64,000 nucleotides of DNA, taken from the NCBI GenBank assembly GCA_030583765.1, contig CP129474.1, positions 73,709-137,708 on the forward strand, given 5' to 3'. Shown here in pieces: positions 8,258-17,268 of this stretch. The notes beneath the pieces were generated by a model. That model did not search any database. It saw nothing but the letters and a program-made list of their open reading frames with translations, and was not told where the DNA came from. The position numbers were made by a program, and so were the translations under genes. This stretch comes from Minisyncoccota bacterium (GTDB lineage: Bacteria > Patescibacteriota > Minisyncoccia > 2-02-FULL-40-12 > GWA2-44-9). The stretch's first letter is position 1. Each line of letters opens with the position of its first letter.

Positions 8258-11170
8258 TTATACGCCAAAGCGCATCGTACAGTAGGCGCACTCGCGGTCA
8301 TCGCACTTTCGTTCCCAGAATGAGAGCGCCAGCACTTCAGAAATAACTTTTTTAATTGCCGCTTCTGTTTCTTCAATGGGAAGCTCTTCAAGTGCAAAAG
8401 CTTCGCCGCGGTACTTTTCTCGCGGATCAGGCTGTATATATTCTATTTGGCCAGACACCATACGCAGCGCACCCCCTTGGTAGCCACGAAGCAGAATAGA
8501 GTAAAATGCGAGCTGGCGCACCTCGTCGCCAGTTGCATCTTTTGTTTTTCCCAGAAGGGCGTTACGGGTTTTAAAAGCTCCTGTCTTATAATCAATGACG
8601 TGTACCTCTGTTGGCGATAGTTTTTCAAGCTTATCGAGCGCACCATGAAGAACAATCCCCTCGTGCGCGGGCACATCTGAAATGCGCAGTTCATAGAGCG
8701 CATCACGGCGCCACAGTGAAGCACGCTCTGCGAGATATCCTTCTACCATTTCTAAACCTCGTTCCGCGAGATGCTGGCGATCTCGCGCCGTAAGAGGTTC
8801 GTGTTCTAGCGCCTTTGTAAACGCCGCGTGCGCAAGAGCGGGTATATGCTCCCCTGTTTGTGTGAACGCTTCGCCATAGGCGCGAAGTGCTGCGTGAATT
8901 GCGGTGCCAAGTTGTGCGTGCGCATGAGGCGCCTCTGGCATACGTACCAAGTTGCGGAAGAAAAACTTCCACGGACACGAGAGGTAGTTGTTCAACGCCG
9001 TTACCGAGAGCCCAGAGGAAAGGAAAAGGTCTCGTACATATGCATGCACGTCAGCTGGAGGCTGCGGTGCTGCAGCGTGCGCAGTATAGGTGGTGAGATA
9101 TTCCGCTTCTAAGGCATCCGTCGCAAATGTTTCGATATGAGCTGGATGTAATTCTGTGAGAAAACGTGAGGGGAGGCGCTCTCTGTCTTCAAGATCACGA
9201 ACCGCATAGGTAATGTATGCGACATCTTTCGCGCGAGTAAGCGCAACATAAAAGACATTCCGTTCATCTCCCTCAGGGTCTTGAGTGGTTGCATCGGTAA
9301 TCCGGTATACCTTCTCTGGAAGTGAGAGGAGTTCGCGACGCTGTTTGCCACCCCACGTTCCGTCAACGGCGTGCGCAATAATAACTACTTTAAATTCGAG
9401 ACCTTTTGCACGATGCGCAGTCATCACACGCACATATCCAGGCGGCAGCGCGTGCACGGGAAGCGCAAGTGCACCGTGATCATGGGCGCGCATGAGCGCA
9501 CGCCACACCGTTTCAAGTGATGCATCGGGTGATCGCGCAACTATACCGCGTATCGCGGTATAGAGCGTGCGAAGCGCGCGCATGTCGGTCATATCTTCAG
9601 GAGCGTCAAAGAGGCGCACGAGTGGAATGAGAAGATCAAGCGCTGTAAGCGGTCCATGGCGCCGCCCCTCTTCATGGGCTTTCGTGATATGCCGCCCCAA
9701 TTCAAGGAATGGTCGAGGGTGCACAATCCCCACATCACGCATCGCCGCTTCAGAACGGATGAGGTCCCATGCTTCTTTCCCAGAGCGCAGTGAGCGGATA
9801 AATCGGAATACATCGATCGCATCACATTTCCCCGCACCGGCCTGGAGTGCTTCCGAAAGAGCAATCGGGTCGCCGATCATGCACGTTGCGCGAAAGAGCA
9901 ACAGAAGAGGGCGGATGTGGGGATGACGAAACAGCGACTGGTTCGCCGTATGAGCCGCGTGAATGCCCACACGACCAAGCGCTCGGACGATGGGCTCTGC
10001 ATGCGCATTGTCGCGCACGAGCACCGCAATCTCTTCTGGGGCGACACCTTCAGTGATGTGCGTTTGCACAATGCGCGAGATACCAAAAAGTTCTACATCG
10101 GTGTGTGAAAATTGAGCCAGACGTACTGGCATGCCTGCAAACGCACGGTGCGCGCGAAGCGGCTCACTGTGTGGCGCAAGGCCATGTGCCGCATCAAGAA
10201 CCCGCTGCGTCGAGCGATAGTTAGTATCCAGCGTCACCACGCGCATTTTTTTAAACGCGCGCTGGAGAGCATGGAAGTTTTCATACGACGCGCCTTGAAA
10301 ACGATAGATCGCCTGCTTTGCGTCACCCACGACAAAAATATTAGGGCTCGAATCTTCGTGGATAATGGCATCGATCAGCCCGTGCTGCGCTGCATTCGTA
10401 TCCTGGTGCTCATCAATAAGAATGTGCTGGTAGCGCTCGCGCACATCTGCAGCGACTTCATCGTCGCGCATCATGGCATCGCGCGCACGAATGATCATGT
10501 CATCGAAATCATACCAACGACGCGCAGTGCATGCGTCCTTATATGCCCTATAGAGCTTTACAAGCTCTGCACGGCGCGCATACATGCGATCCGATACCTC
10601 CTTATCATCATCTCCTGGCACATCGTCACGAACGATCTGTTCAAAATCTTCGGGCGACACGCCTTCACGCTTTAACTCACTAATAGCTCGAACACAGTGC
10701 TGAATATAATATTCAGGGTCACCGCTAGGTCGCAGTGCTTCATATTCGCCTGTCTGTAGCAGCTCGGAGAGTAGGTCTACGCCTTCAACGTCGGTCATAG
10801 CGCGACCTCCAATAATATCTGGAAACGCATCAGCGTGTGTCTGGATGATATTGTTGGCAAATCCGTGAAACGTGGTGATGGTAACGCGATACGCATCGGG
10901 TCCAATGATATCAGAAAGGCGCTTACGCATAGCGAGCGCACCGGATTCAGTGAAGGTGAGCGCGAGAATTGCCTCTGGTGGATAGTCTGTTTTTGAAAGA
11001 ATCGTAGCGATGCGCAATGTGAGCATCTGCGTTTTTCCTGTACCTGGTCCCGCAATCACCATAACTGGACCATCGAGCGCAGCGACCGCCTCACGCTGTC
11101 GCTCATTCAGAGTGGCGAATGCTTTTTCATACTGAGTCTCTGTCTTTTTGCGAGAAACAGGAGTGGGCAT
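8258..11170 (-). CDS. UvrD/PcrA-like superfamily-1 helicase fused to a C-terminal PD-(D/E)XK Cas4/AddB-type nuclease domain with a Cys cluster
   Basis: N-terminus ...LNERQREAVAALDGPVMVIAGPGTGKTQMLTLRIATIL... carries Walker A. Helicase motifs run throughout. The C-terminus ends in ...WERKCDDRECAYCTMRFGV, a CxxxxCxxC Fe-S-type cluster typical of AddB/Cas4 nucleases. Confidence 0.8.
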   Translation of the reverse strand: MPTPVSRKKTETQYEKAFATLNERQREAVAALDGPVMVIAGPGTGKTQMLTLRIATILSKTDYPPEAILALTFTESGALAMRKRLSDIIGPDAYRVTITTFHGFANNIIQTHADAFPDIIGGRAMTDVEGVDLLSELLQTGEYEALRPSGDPEYYIQHCVRAISELKREGVSPEDFEQIVRDDVPGDDDKEVSDRMYARRAELVKLYRAYKDACTARRWYDFDDMIIRARDAMMRDDEVAADVRERYQHILIDEHQDTNAAQHGLIDAIIHEDSSPNIFVVGDAKQAIYRFQGASYENFHALQRAFKKMRVVTLDTNYRSTQRVLDAAHGLAPHSEPLRAHRAFAGMPVRLAQFSHTDVELFGISRIVQTHITEGVAPEEIAVLVRDNAHAEPIVRALGRVGIHAAHTANQSLFRHPHIRPLLLLFRATCMIGDPIALSEALQAGAGKCDAIDVFRFIRSLRSGKEAWDLIRSEAAMRDVGIVHPRPFLELGRHITKAHEEGRRHGPLTALDLLIPLVRLFDAPEDMTDMRALRTLYTAIRGIVARSPDASLETVWRALMRAHDHGALALPVHALPPGYVRVMTAHRAKGLEFKVVIIAHAVDGTWGGKQRRELLSLPEKVYRITDATTQDPEGDERNVFYVALTRAKDVAYITYAVRDLEDRERLPSRFLTELHPAHIETFATDALEAEYLTTYTAHAAAPQPPADVHAYVRDLFLSSGLSVTALNNYLSCPWKFFFRNLVRMPEAPHAHAQLGTAIHAALRAYGEAFTQTGEHIPALAHAAFTKALEHEPLTARDRQHLAERGLEMVEGYLAERASLWRRDALYELRISDVPAHEGIVLHGALDKLEKLSPTEVHVIDYKTGAFKTRNALLGKTKDATGDEVRQLAFYSILLRGYQGGALRMVSGQIEYIQPDPREKYRGEAFALEELPIEETEAAIKKVISEVLALSFWERKCDDRECAYCTMRFGV

Positions 11171-11207
11171 CCCTTATTAGTACCATGGAGTATCCACTGT
11201 GCATATT

Positions 11208-11248
11208 TTGACTAAAATCAGAAAAAGGTAGATAATATGTAAAGGAGG
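11208..11248 (+). promoter_or_regulatory. Sigma70-like promoter: TTGACT, 17-nt spacer, GATAAT, then AAGGAGG SD
   Basis: ttgact 11208-11213, gataat 11231-11236, aaggagg 11242-11248, ATG at 11256. Confidence 0.6.
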
Positions 11249-11255
11249 CATACCC

Positions 11256-11546
11256 ATGGCGAAACGTCGGCCCTTGAAGCCCACCACCCCGCGGATCCAC
11301 GTCTTGAGACGCCGCGGCGAAGCGATCCCCGCGCCCGTTTTCACTGAAGATCTCGAGGCCACGCAGATCGACCAGGCCATTTACGAGATCTTCCTTCAGG
11401 AATCGGGCACTCCTGTGCCCGATCTCTACCCCACGTGCGGTTGCCTGCCGTCGTCGTGCGTCCTGGAAGAAGTCAGCGGCATCCGCCAGCAACGACTCGC
11501 CGACCCGCGCAGGGCACGAAAGTTCGTGCTCTCAGGCGACAACTAG
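11256..11546 (+). CDS. Small GC-rich hypothetical protein, 96 aa, basic N-terminus, CGC...C motif
   Basis: MAKRRPLKPTTPRIHVLRRRGEAIPAPVF...LYPTCGCLPSSCVLEEV... Strong promoter and SD. Codon usage is clearly GC3-richer than the neighbouring genes. Confidence 0.6.
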   Translation: MAKRRPLKPTTPRIHVLRRRGEAIPAPVFTEDLEATQIDQAIYEIFLQESGTPVPDLYPTCGCLPSSCVLEEVSGIRQQRLADPRRARKFVLSGDN

Positions 11547-11589
11547 TCCCTCCCCTCCCCGCCACAACACACCGTGGCGTGGGAATTTT

Positions 11590-12555
11590 TTATAAAGAGA
11601 ACTTCTGAAGCGCTTCTGTGGTAATAGCGCGAACGTCGGCAAATGTTTTTGCTTCCATGTAGTGCGTGCGGAGATCTTTCGCACCATCCCATCCTGAAAT
11701 ATAGATTTTGAAAAAACGTTTCAACGTATCAAAATTTCTCCCACGCGATCCCCACACTTCTTCAAACGCATCAGTATGGCGCTGAAGAAGGGTGATGCGC
11801 TCGCGCGGCGTTCGCTGACGATCTGCGTCGGGTGCGAAAAGCCATGGATTGTGAAAAATACCACGGCCAACCATGAGCCCATGAACACCGCTTTCTTGCG
11901 CACGCCTTTCACCGTCAGCACGAGAGAGTATATCTCCGTTTCCAACCACAAGCGTTCCGTAATCACGAGCCATACTTGCCACTTCAGTAATGCGATCCCA
12001 GTGCGCTGGAACAAGTGAAAGCTCCTTTGCGGTGCGTCCGTGGATGATAAGCACGGGAATGCGCTCATCGAGCAATGGACGGACCCACCCTTCAAGATCG
12101 ATGTGCGAAAAACCCAGTCGCGTTTTTACCGAGACGGGAAGATCGCCTGCTCCTTCTTTTGCGGCCGCGATAATAGCTCGCGCACGACTAGGATCTTTAC
12201 ATAATCCAATGCCGGCCCCCTGTTTCACCACTTTGCGATCAGGACATCCCATATTGATATCAACACCAGCAAAGCCAAGCTCACGTGCAAGCTTCGCCGC
12301 TTGGAACATCTGTTCTGGATCTGCTCCAAAAAATTGAGCAACGATTGGCTGTTCACTTGGTTCAAAGCGGAGAAGTGGCAAGAGTTTTTCACGTCCACGT
12401 GATGCGAGCCCCGCTGCCGCAACGAATTCCGTATACCACACATCGGGACGCCCACACTGAGCAATGATGCGCCGAAACGGCAGATCGGTAACATCTGCCA
12501 TTGGTGCGAGCACAAAAAATGGTTGCGGTAGTTCTTTCCAGAATCCGTAGTTCAT
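11590..12555 (-). CDS. dus: tRNA-dihydrouridine synthase
   Basis: FFVLAPMADVTDLPFRRIIAQCGRPDVWYTEFV...IIHGRTAKE... is a Dus TIM barrel. Confidence 0.85.
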   Translation of the reverse strand: MNYGFWKELPQPFFVLAPMADVTDLPFRRIIAQCGRPDVWYTEFVAAAGLASRGREKLLPLLRFEPSEQPIVAQFFGADPEQMFQAAKLARELGFAGVDINMGCPDRKVVKQGAGIGLCKDPSRARAIIAAAKEGAGDLPVSVKTRLGFSHIDLEGWVRPLLDERIPVLIIHGRTAKELSLVPAHWDRITEVASMARDYGTLVVGNGDILSRADGERRAQESGVHGLMVGRGIFHNPWLFAPDADRQRTPRERITLLQRHTDAFEEVWGSRGRNFDTLKRFFKIYISGWDGAKDLRTHYMEAKTFADVRAITTEALQKFSL

Positions 12556-12597
12556 AAAGTAACGGCCGCTGGGGTGAGCAGCGGCCATGGGACGGGT

Positions 12598-12837
12598 TTA
12601 GGGTATTGCGACTGCGCTGTAGAGTCCCCACGCCACACCAGCACCCCAAGCGACAAGCCAAAGGATACCGACGTAATCATGAAGATGCTGCAGCGCACCT
12701 CTTTCACGCCACACCTTCACTGCAAGCATCAGCGTCAGGGCCAGTAATGCAACCCCCAGGATGGCATGGAGCACTGCAAGCTCATAGCCAACTCGCCACA
12801 AGAGATAGCCGCACCCTGCCCAAATCAGCAGTTCCAT
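12598..12837 (-). CDS. Small integral membrane protein, 79 aa
   Basis: MELLIWAGCGYLLWRVGYELAVLHAILGVALLALTLMLAVKVW... Two TM helices. Confidence 0.45.
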   Translation of the reverse strand: MELLIWAGCGYLLWRVGYELAVLHAILGVALLALTLMLAVKVWRERGALQHLHDYVGILWLVAWGAGVAWGLYSAVAIP

Positions 12838-12878
12838 ACTGGCCTCCTTAGCAAGGCACTCTACAAGAAAACAGTTCT

Positions 12879-14615
12879 CTAGTCTACCAGCACTGCTCGA
12901 ATGCGGCGCACGCCGGCAGAGACCGCTTCCTCTTTTGCGATCTTGATGCCCTTAATCTCACTGGTGCGTTGCACGTGAGGACCACCGCAAAACTCTTTTG
13001 AGAACCACCCTGCCCCGCCAGAAGCGTCGGGGGCATCCCCCTCGCCGACTGTATACACATCGACATGTGCTGGGTATTTCATTTTAAAGAAGTGAAGCGC
13101 GCCTGTTTTTTCTGCGTCTTCACGAGAGAGGGTTACTTTTGATACGGGTAGGTCGTCTGCGATCGCCTTATTCACCAGCGATTCAACATCTCGAATTTCC
13201 GCGTCGGTCATTTTACGTGGGAATGTAAAATCAAAACGCGTGCGCTCGACGGTAATATCAGATCCCGCCTGGTGCACCTCTGGACCAAGTACTTTACGAA
13301 GCGCTGCCTGAAGCAGGTGCGTTGCGGTGTGAAGGCGAACAACAATACCGAGCTCGCGTTCGTCGGCGGCCTTAAGCTCGCCCGTATCGAGAAGGAGTCC
13401 GTGACCACCGAACTTCTTCTCCGCACCTGCGCGAGATTTTTCTTGATGTGCTTTGAATTGCGCATCGAATGCTTCGCGCGTGAGATGCTGTGCTCGTTCA
13501 CCACCAGCTTCTTTCATGACTTCATACGGAAGTCCGAAGCTTTCATATAGTTTAAATGCTCCTTCTGGTGTAAGGTCAGAAATTTTTTCAAGCTCACGAA
13601 GGCCCTGCGCAAGGGTACGCAGAAATTTTTCACGTTCTTGTGAGCACACTTCAATGATTTCAGCCTCCTGCATGCGTGGATAGAGCGACACATATTGAGA
13701 AATAACCGCGCGAATGGTTGCGAGCACACTCACATCGGAGCGCTGGAGTTGGTGTTCGCGCGCGATCATGCGGCGCAAGAGACGGCGCAAGACGTAGCCC
13801 TGATCTTTGTTCGATGGACGCACGCCGTCCATGATGAGAAACGCGCTCGTACGTGCATGATCTGCGATGACACGTCGTACACGCTCATCAATATCTGAAG
13901 GAATCGTTGCCATGATCTCCGTGAACAGATCCGTTTCAAAAACGGTAGGCACCTTTTGGCTCACGAGCGCCAAACGCTCAAGCCCCATGCCTGTATCAAT
14001 GCCTGGTGTTGCGAGTGGTTCGAGTGTTTTGTCTTTCTTCTGAAAGTATTGATTAAAAACCACGTTCCAGATTTCAATGCCGCCGACATAGATTTCAGTA
14101 GTCGGTCCACATGGCCCCTCGTCGCCCGTTGGTCCCCAGAAGTTGTCGGCACGGCCACATTCACGGATTTCAATAGATGGATCGAGGGATTTCCAAATCT
14201 CTGCGCTCTCTGTATCGCGCGGTACGCTTGGCTCACCCGCAAACACGGTTACGTAATCGATCGTGAGCCCCATTTCTTTTGTGACGAATTCGTGCGCCCA
14301 TGTAATCGCTTCTTTTTTAAAGTACCCGCCAAACGAAAAGTTACCGAGCATTTCAAAGAACGTGAGGTGGCGTTCGTCACCTACTTCATCAATGTCTGAC
14401 GTGCGCACGCATGTTTGCACCGATGCGGTATTCAGTGATTGAAAATCTTTTTGCGCATCAGCTTCGCCAGTGTAATAGGGTTTGAACTGCTGCATGCCCG
14501 CCGTGGTAAAGAGCACAGACGGGTCATTAGGAAGCAACGAAGACGAAGGAACGGGGGTGTGGCCCCGTGCTTTAAAAAAGGAGAGAAACTTCTCTCGAAT
14601 AGCTAGTTGCTGCAT
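12879..14615 (-). CDS. alaS: Alanine--tRNA ligase, short 578-aa form with catalytic and editing domains but no C-Ala domain
   Basis: MQQLAIREKFLSFFKARGHTPVPSSSLLPNDPSVLFTTAGMQQFKPYYTG... is the class II AlaRS core. ...HTATHLLQAALRKVLG...CGGPHV is the HxxxH/CxxxH editing motif. Confidence 0.88.
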   Translation of the reverse strand: MQQLAIREKFLSFFKARGHTPVPSSSLLPNDPSVLFTTAGMQQFKPYYTGEADAQKDFQSLNTASVQTCVRTSDIDEVGDERHLTFFEMLGNFSFGGYFKKEAITWAHEFVTKEMGLTIDYVTVFAGEPSVPRDTESAEIWKSLDPSIEIRECGRADNFWGPTGDEGPCGPTTEIYVGGIEIWNVVFNQYFQKKDKTLEPLATPGIDTGMGLERLALVSQKVPTVFETDLFTEIMATIPSDIDERVRRVIADHARTSAFLIMDGVRPSNKDQGYVLRRLLRRMIAREHQLQRSDVSVLATIRAVISQYVSLYPRMQEAEIIEVCSQEREKFLRTLAQGLRELEKISDLTPEGAFKLYESFGLPYEVMKEAGGERAQHLTREAFDAQFKAHQEKSRAGAEKKFGGHGLLLDTGELKAADERELGIVVRLHTATHLLQAALRKVLGPEVHQAGSDITVERTRFDFTFPRKMTDAEIRDVESLVNKAIADDLPVSKVTLSREDAEKTGALHFFKMKYPAHVDVYTVGEGDAPDASGGAGWFSKEFCGGPHVQRTSEIKGIKIAKEEAVSAGVRRIRAVLVD

Positions 14616-14684
14616 ATAAGAGCCATACTATTGCAAAAACTACATTTTTTCAATATACTAGTAACTTCACCAAGGAGGCTGTTG

Positions 14685-14975
14685 ATGAGTTTGTTGAGGA
14701 CGGACCCCAGCGCGATGCGCATTCGGCCGGACGATTCGGGCATTGCCGAACAGATCGCCATCCAAGATGCGGCGGCGGCAACGGCCCGCGCGCTCGCCAA
14801 CGCGACGCCCAACATCCAGGGCACCTGTCAGGAGTGCCAGAATCCGATTGGGGAGAAGCGTCTGGCGGCGCTCCCCACGGCAAAGCGTTGCATCGCATGC
14901 GAGGAAGCGCGCGAGAAGACGCTCAAGGGTGGCGCTCCGGTACGTCGCAAGCATCCGGCGTACCGCCTCCTGTAG
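14685..14975 (+). CDS. DksA/TraR-family C4-type zinc-finger protein, GC-rich small gene
   Basis: ...GTCQECQNPIGEKRLAALPTAKRCIACEEAREK... is a DksA/TraR C4 finger. AAGGAGG SD with the ATG at 14685. Confidence 0.7.
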   Translation: MSLLRTDPSAMRIRPDDSGIAEQIAIQDAAAATARALANATPNIQGTCQECQNPIGEKRLAALPTAKRCIACEEAREKTLKGGAPVRRKHPAYRLL

Positions 14976-15040
14976 AATCGCTCTACAAGGATCCCTCAAC
15001 ACCAGCGGACGACCACAGGTCGTCCGCTTTTACTTTTCTA

Positions 15041-15117
15041 TGGGGTGAACGACGGGACTCGAACCCGCAACCACCGGGACCACAACCCGATGCTCTACCA
15101 ATTGAGCTACGTCCACC
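15041..15117 (-). tRNA. tRNA-His (anticodon GTG), with G-1 and an encoded CCA
   Basis: Manual fold of the reverse strand: G-1, acceptor GTGGACG/CGTTCAC, D-arm GCTC-AATTGGTA-GAGC, anticodon stem TCGGG/CCCGG, loop TTGTGGT, T-arm GCGGG-TTCGAGT-CCCGT, then C73-CCA. Confidence 0.85.
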
Positions 15118-15200
15118 ATGCTACCGGAGCGCAGTATAGCACGAAAAAAGCACATCGTCGAGTAAGAACAAGGGGGCCGTAATGGCCCCCTTTCCAGATG

Positions 15201-15503
15201 TCATGCGTACGGTTCACAGATGCACTGTCGCGCCTGAAACTCTTGTAAACGGCGCGCCCCAAGCGTTGTGATGCGCAGACCGCACGGGATCGTGCGCGAC
15301 AACATGGGCGTGCCGTGACGGCGCACGCACGAAGCCCATCCACCACTCACACATACCCACCCTCGCGTTCGGGCATATTGAATGCCCGGACCCAAGAGTG
15401 AGATGACCTCTTTCGTGAGAACGAGAATGCCTCCTTTTGCCTCTTGTGCACGGAATAAGACTTCGTGCCCCAGCGCACACGCACAACGATCCGGTGCCGT
15501 CAT
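15201..15503 (-). CDS. Cysteine-rich hypothetical protein, 100 aa
   Basis: MTAPDRCACALGHEV...WVCVSGGWASCVRRHG...ARQCICEPYA with GGAGG 4 nt upstream. GC-rich. Several overlapping frames are open here, so the call is weak. Confidence 0.3.
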   Translation of the reverse strand: MTAPDRCACALGHEVLFRAQEAKGGILVLTKEVISLLGPGIQYARTRGWVCVSGGWASCVRRHGTPMLSRTIPCGLRITTLGARRLQEFQARQCICEPYA

Positions 15504-15556
15504 GCAGCCTCCTGTGTCACATGGTATAGCACAGAGAGGTTTAGATTGTCACGCTC

Positions 15557-16372
15557 CTATGGTTGGAGAATGTTTTCTGTGCCACCAAACACAGAGAAGA
15601 CTGTTTGTTTTACGGTTGGAAATTGCTTCAACGTTTTTTCCAGCTGCGCACGCCGTGCAGTCACTGCACACGAGCCGCCGCCCATGTCATTGCTGAAATC
15701 AACAGACGCAATGCCGTTGGAAATGGCAATGCGATTTACGCCGACATGTTTCGGAATGGTGGACGAAAATCCTTGAGCCGCCTCGGCTGGCCTCACGCCG
15801 GAAAGGAGTTCTTGAAGCGCCAGATATGCGACTTCACTTGTCTTAAATACCGTACGACTCACCGGAAATACAATGTCACAGGAAAGGAGCTGCGGATCAG
15901 ATGCTTTTTGCTTTTGTTCATGCTGAAAAAACACTTGGAACGTGGTTGTGGTTGTGTCTTTCACGCGCACAGGTACAGATACAAGGTTCACAATAGAACC
16001 ATCCTTTGCCGAATACTCAAATACTTGTAGTGTGAGATCCGCTGGTGCCCCTGAAGGGATCGGAACCTTTACTTCAAAGTCCCCGAACTGACCAATGTCA
16101 GGCGCGTCAGCAGTGCCGAAATACTCAAAGAGCACTTCGTTGTTTGCTCCCAAGAGTCGGTAACTAAATGTGTTCTCAAACACCCTTGCGCGCCCAGTCA
16201 CGGTGAAAGGATTACTCACGAGATCACCGGCACGCGGAGACGTCACCACGATATTCGGCTCGGGCGTAGGTGAAAGCGATGCTTCAGGAGCAGAAGCACG
16301 ATCCCGCGCCATAAACAGAACGCTCGCGATCACAAGAAGCGCAATAACGATAGCAGAAATACGCGTATTCAT
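15557..16372 (-). CDS. Secreted or lipoprotein-like protein with a Gmad2 Ig-like domain and a GerMN domain
   Basis: MNTRISAIVIALLVIASVLF is a signal/anchor. ...PFTVTGRARVFENTFSYRLLGANNEVLFEYFGTA...LTLQVFEYSAKDGS is Gmad2-like. ...IVFPVSRTVFKTSEVAYLALQELLSG...GIASVDFS is GerMN-like. Confidence 0.6.
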   Translation of the reverse strand: MNTRISAIVIALLVIASVLFMARDRASAPEASLSPTPEPNIVVTSPRAGDLVSNPFTVTGRARVFENTFSYRLLGANNEVLFEYFGTADAPDIGQFGDFEVKVPIPSGAPADLTLQVFEYSAKDGSIVNLVSVPVRVKDTTTTTFQVFFQHEQKQKASDPQLLSCDIVFPVSRTVFKTSEVAYLALQELLSGVRPAEAAQGFSSTIPKHVGVNRIAISNGIASVDFSNDMGGGSCAVTARRAQLEKTLKQFPTVKQTVFSVFGGTENILQP

Positions 16373-16450
16373 ATCCCCTATACTACTCTTCTCCAAAAAG
16401 CGCGCAAGCTGGTAAAATAAGGCCAATCTATGCTACAATGCGCTTCGAAT

Positions 16451-16524
16451 CCGCCTGTAGCTCAATGGATTAGAGCAGCTCCGTTCTAAGGAGTTGGTTG
16501 GGGGTTCGAGTCCCTCCGGGCGGA
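16451..16524 (+). tRNA. tRNA-Arg (anticodon TCT), no encoded CCA
   Basis: Manual fold: acceptor CCGCCTG/CGGGCGG, D-arm GCTC-AATGGATTA-GAGC, anticodon stem GCTCC/GGAGT, loop GTTCTAA, T-arm GGGGG-TTCGAGT-CCCTC, discriminator A. Confidence 0.8.
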
Positions 16525-16559
16525 CTGATTTTAAAGAAGTCTTCGGAGGAATTAACAAT

Positions 16560-16630
16560 CGGGCTGGCGTATGCCGGTAGTACACGTGCTTTGGGAGCAC
16601 GTAGACTGGGTTCGACTCCCAGCAGCCCGA
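16560..16630 (+). tRNA. tRNA-Pro (anticodon TGG), no encoded CCA; unusual G at position 8
   Basis: Acceptor CGGGCTG/CAGCCCG with C1-G72 as in bacterial tRNA-Pro. Anticodon stem CGTGC/GCACG, loop TTTGGGA, T-arm CTGGG-TTCGACT-CCCAG, 4-nt variable loop. Confidence 0.75.
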
Positions 16631-16658
16631 CTGAACGAAGTGAAGGAGGGGTGCGGCA

Positions 16659-16958
16659 GTGACCGAGCGTGAGCGAGGAAATACCAAAGCCAGCAGGCGT
16701 GGTGCCCGACTTTATCGAATACAGAGTGCCCTGCGGCACTCTGTATTCGTATATGGTATGGCGCAGCTGGGAGTCGAAGGACGGAGCGATGTGGTGAGTA
16801 GCAACGAGCCACCGCGAGTCCTGGTCAATATCGCATGGCGAGCGGCGGCGAGGCATGACGATATTGAGACGACCAGCAGCCTCCACAGTTTCATCACTAA
16901 CACACAGCCCCTTCTTGCATTTTGTAACATGAAGCGTACGGTATTTTTAGTTCTCTAG
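16659..16958 (+). CDS. Hypothetical ORF, 99 aa, GTG start after an AAGGAGGGG SD; contains a 15-bp perfect inverted repeat
   Basis: The SD and open frame were read from the sequence. Coding status is doubtful: composition is only weakly protein-like and the frame holds a strong palindrome. Confidence 0.25.
   Translation: MTERERGNTKASRRGARLYRIQSALRHSVFVYGMAQLGVEGRSDVVSSNEPPRVLVNIAWRAAARHDDIETTSSLHSFITNTQPLLAFCNMKRTVFLVL
16716..16749. repeat. Perfect 15-bp inverted repeat with a 4-nt spacer: CGAATACAGAGTGCC-ctgc-GGCACTCTGTATTCG
   Basis: Read directly from the sequence. No flanking T-run, so it is not a canonical intrinsic terminator. It could be an operator or an RNA hairpin. Confidence 0.7.
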
Positions 16959-16971
16959 ATTGGAGGAACGC

Positions 16972-17178
16972 ATGCTCGTGAAGAAGCATGACATTTGGGT
17001 ACAGCACATCAGAGCGATGCAAGCCTTAGAGGTTTGCTCGCGGAGGCATCCGAACGCGGACGAGCGTCCGTGTCCCGAATGTATCAAGGAATGCGAAGTG
17101 CAGCACCCAGCTCACCGCACCACCGCGCATTACCCGGATTTCTTTCGCACCGCTACGCCGAACGTCGAGACCCAGTGA
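16972..17178 (+). CDS. Small Cys-containing hypothetical protein, 68 aa
   Basis: GGAGG sits 5 nt before the ATG. MLVKKHDIWVQHIRAMQALEVCSRRHPNADERPCPECIKECEVQHPAH... Confidence 0.35.
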   Translation: MLVKKHDIWVQHIRAMQALEVCSRRHPNADERPCPECIKECEVQHPAHRTTAHYPDFFRTATPNVETQ

Positions 17179-17268
17179 CCTTCCACGCCCCAGACGCCGC
17201 GACACCCCTCGCGGCGTATTCTTTTGTGCACACTCTGCATACGAGAGAAGTGTTATACTTCTCAGTAT

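Noticed and set aside
16433-16886. Minus-strand ORFs 16433..16687, 16470..16886 and 16552..16812
   Set aside because: They overlap tRNA-Arg and tRNA-Pro and have no SD, so they are spurious.
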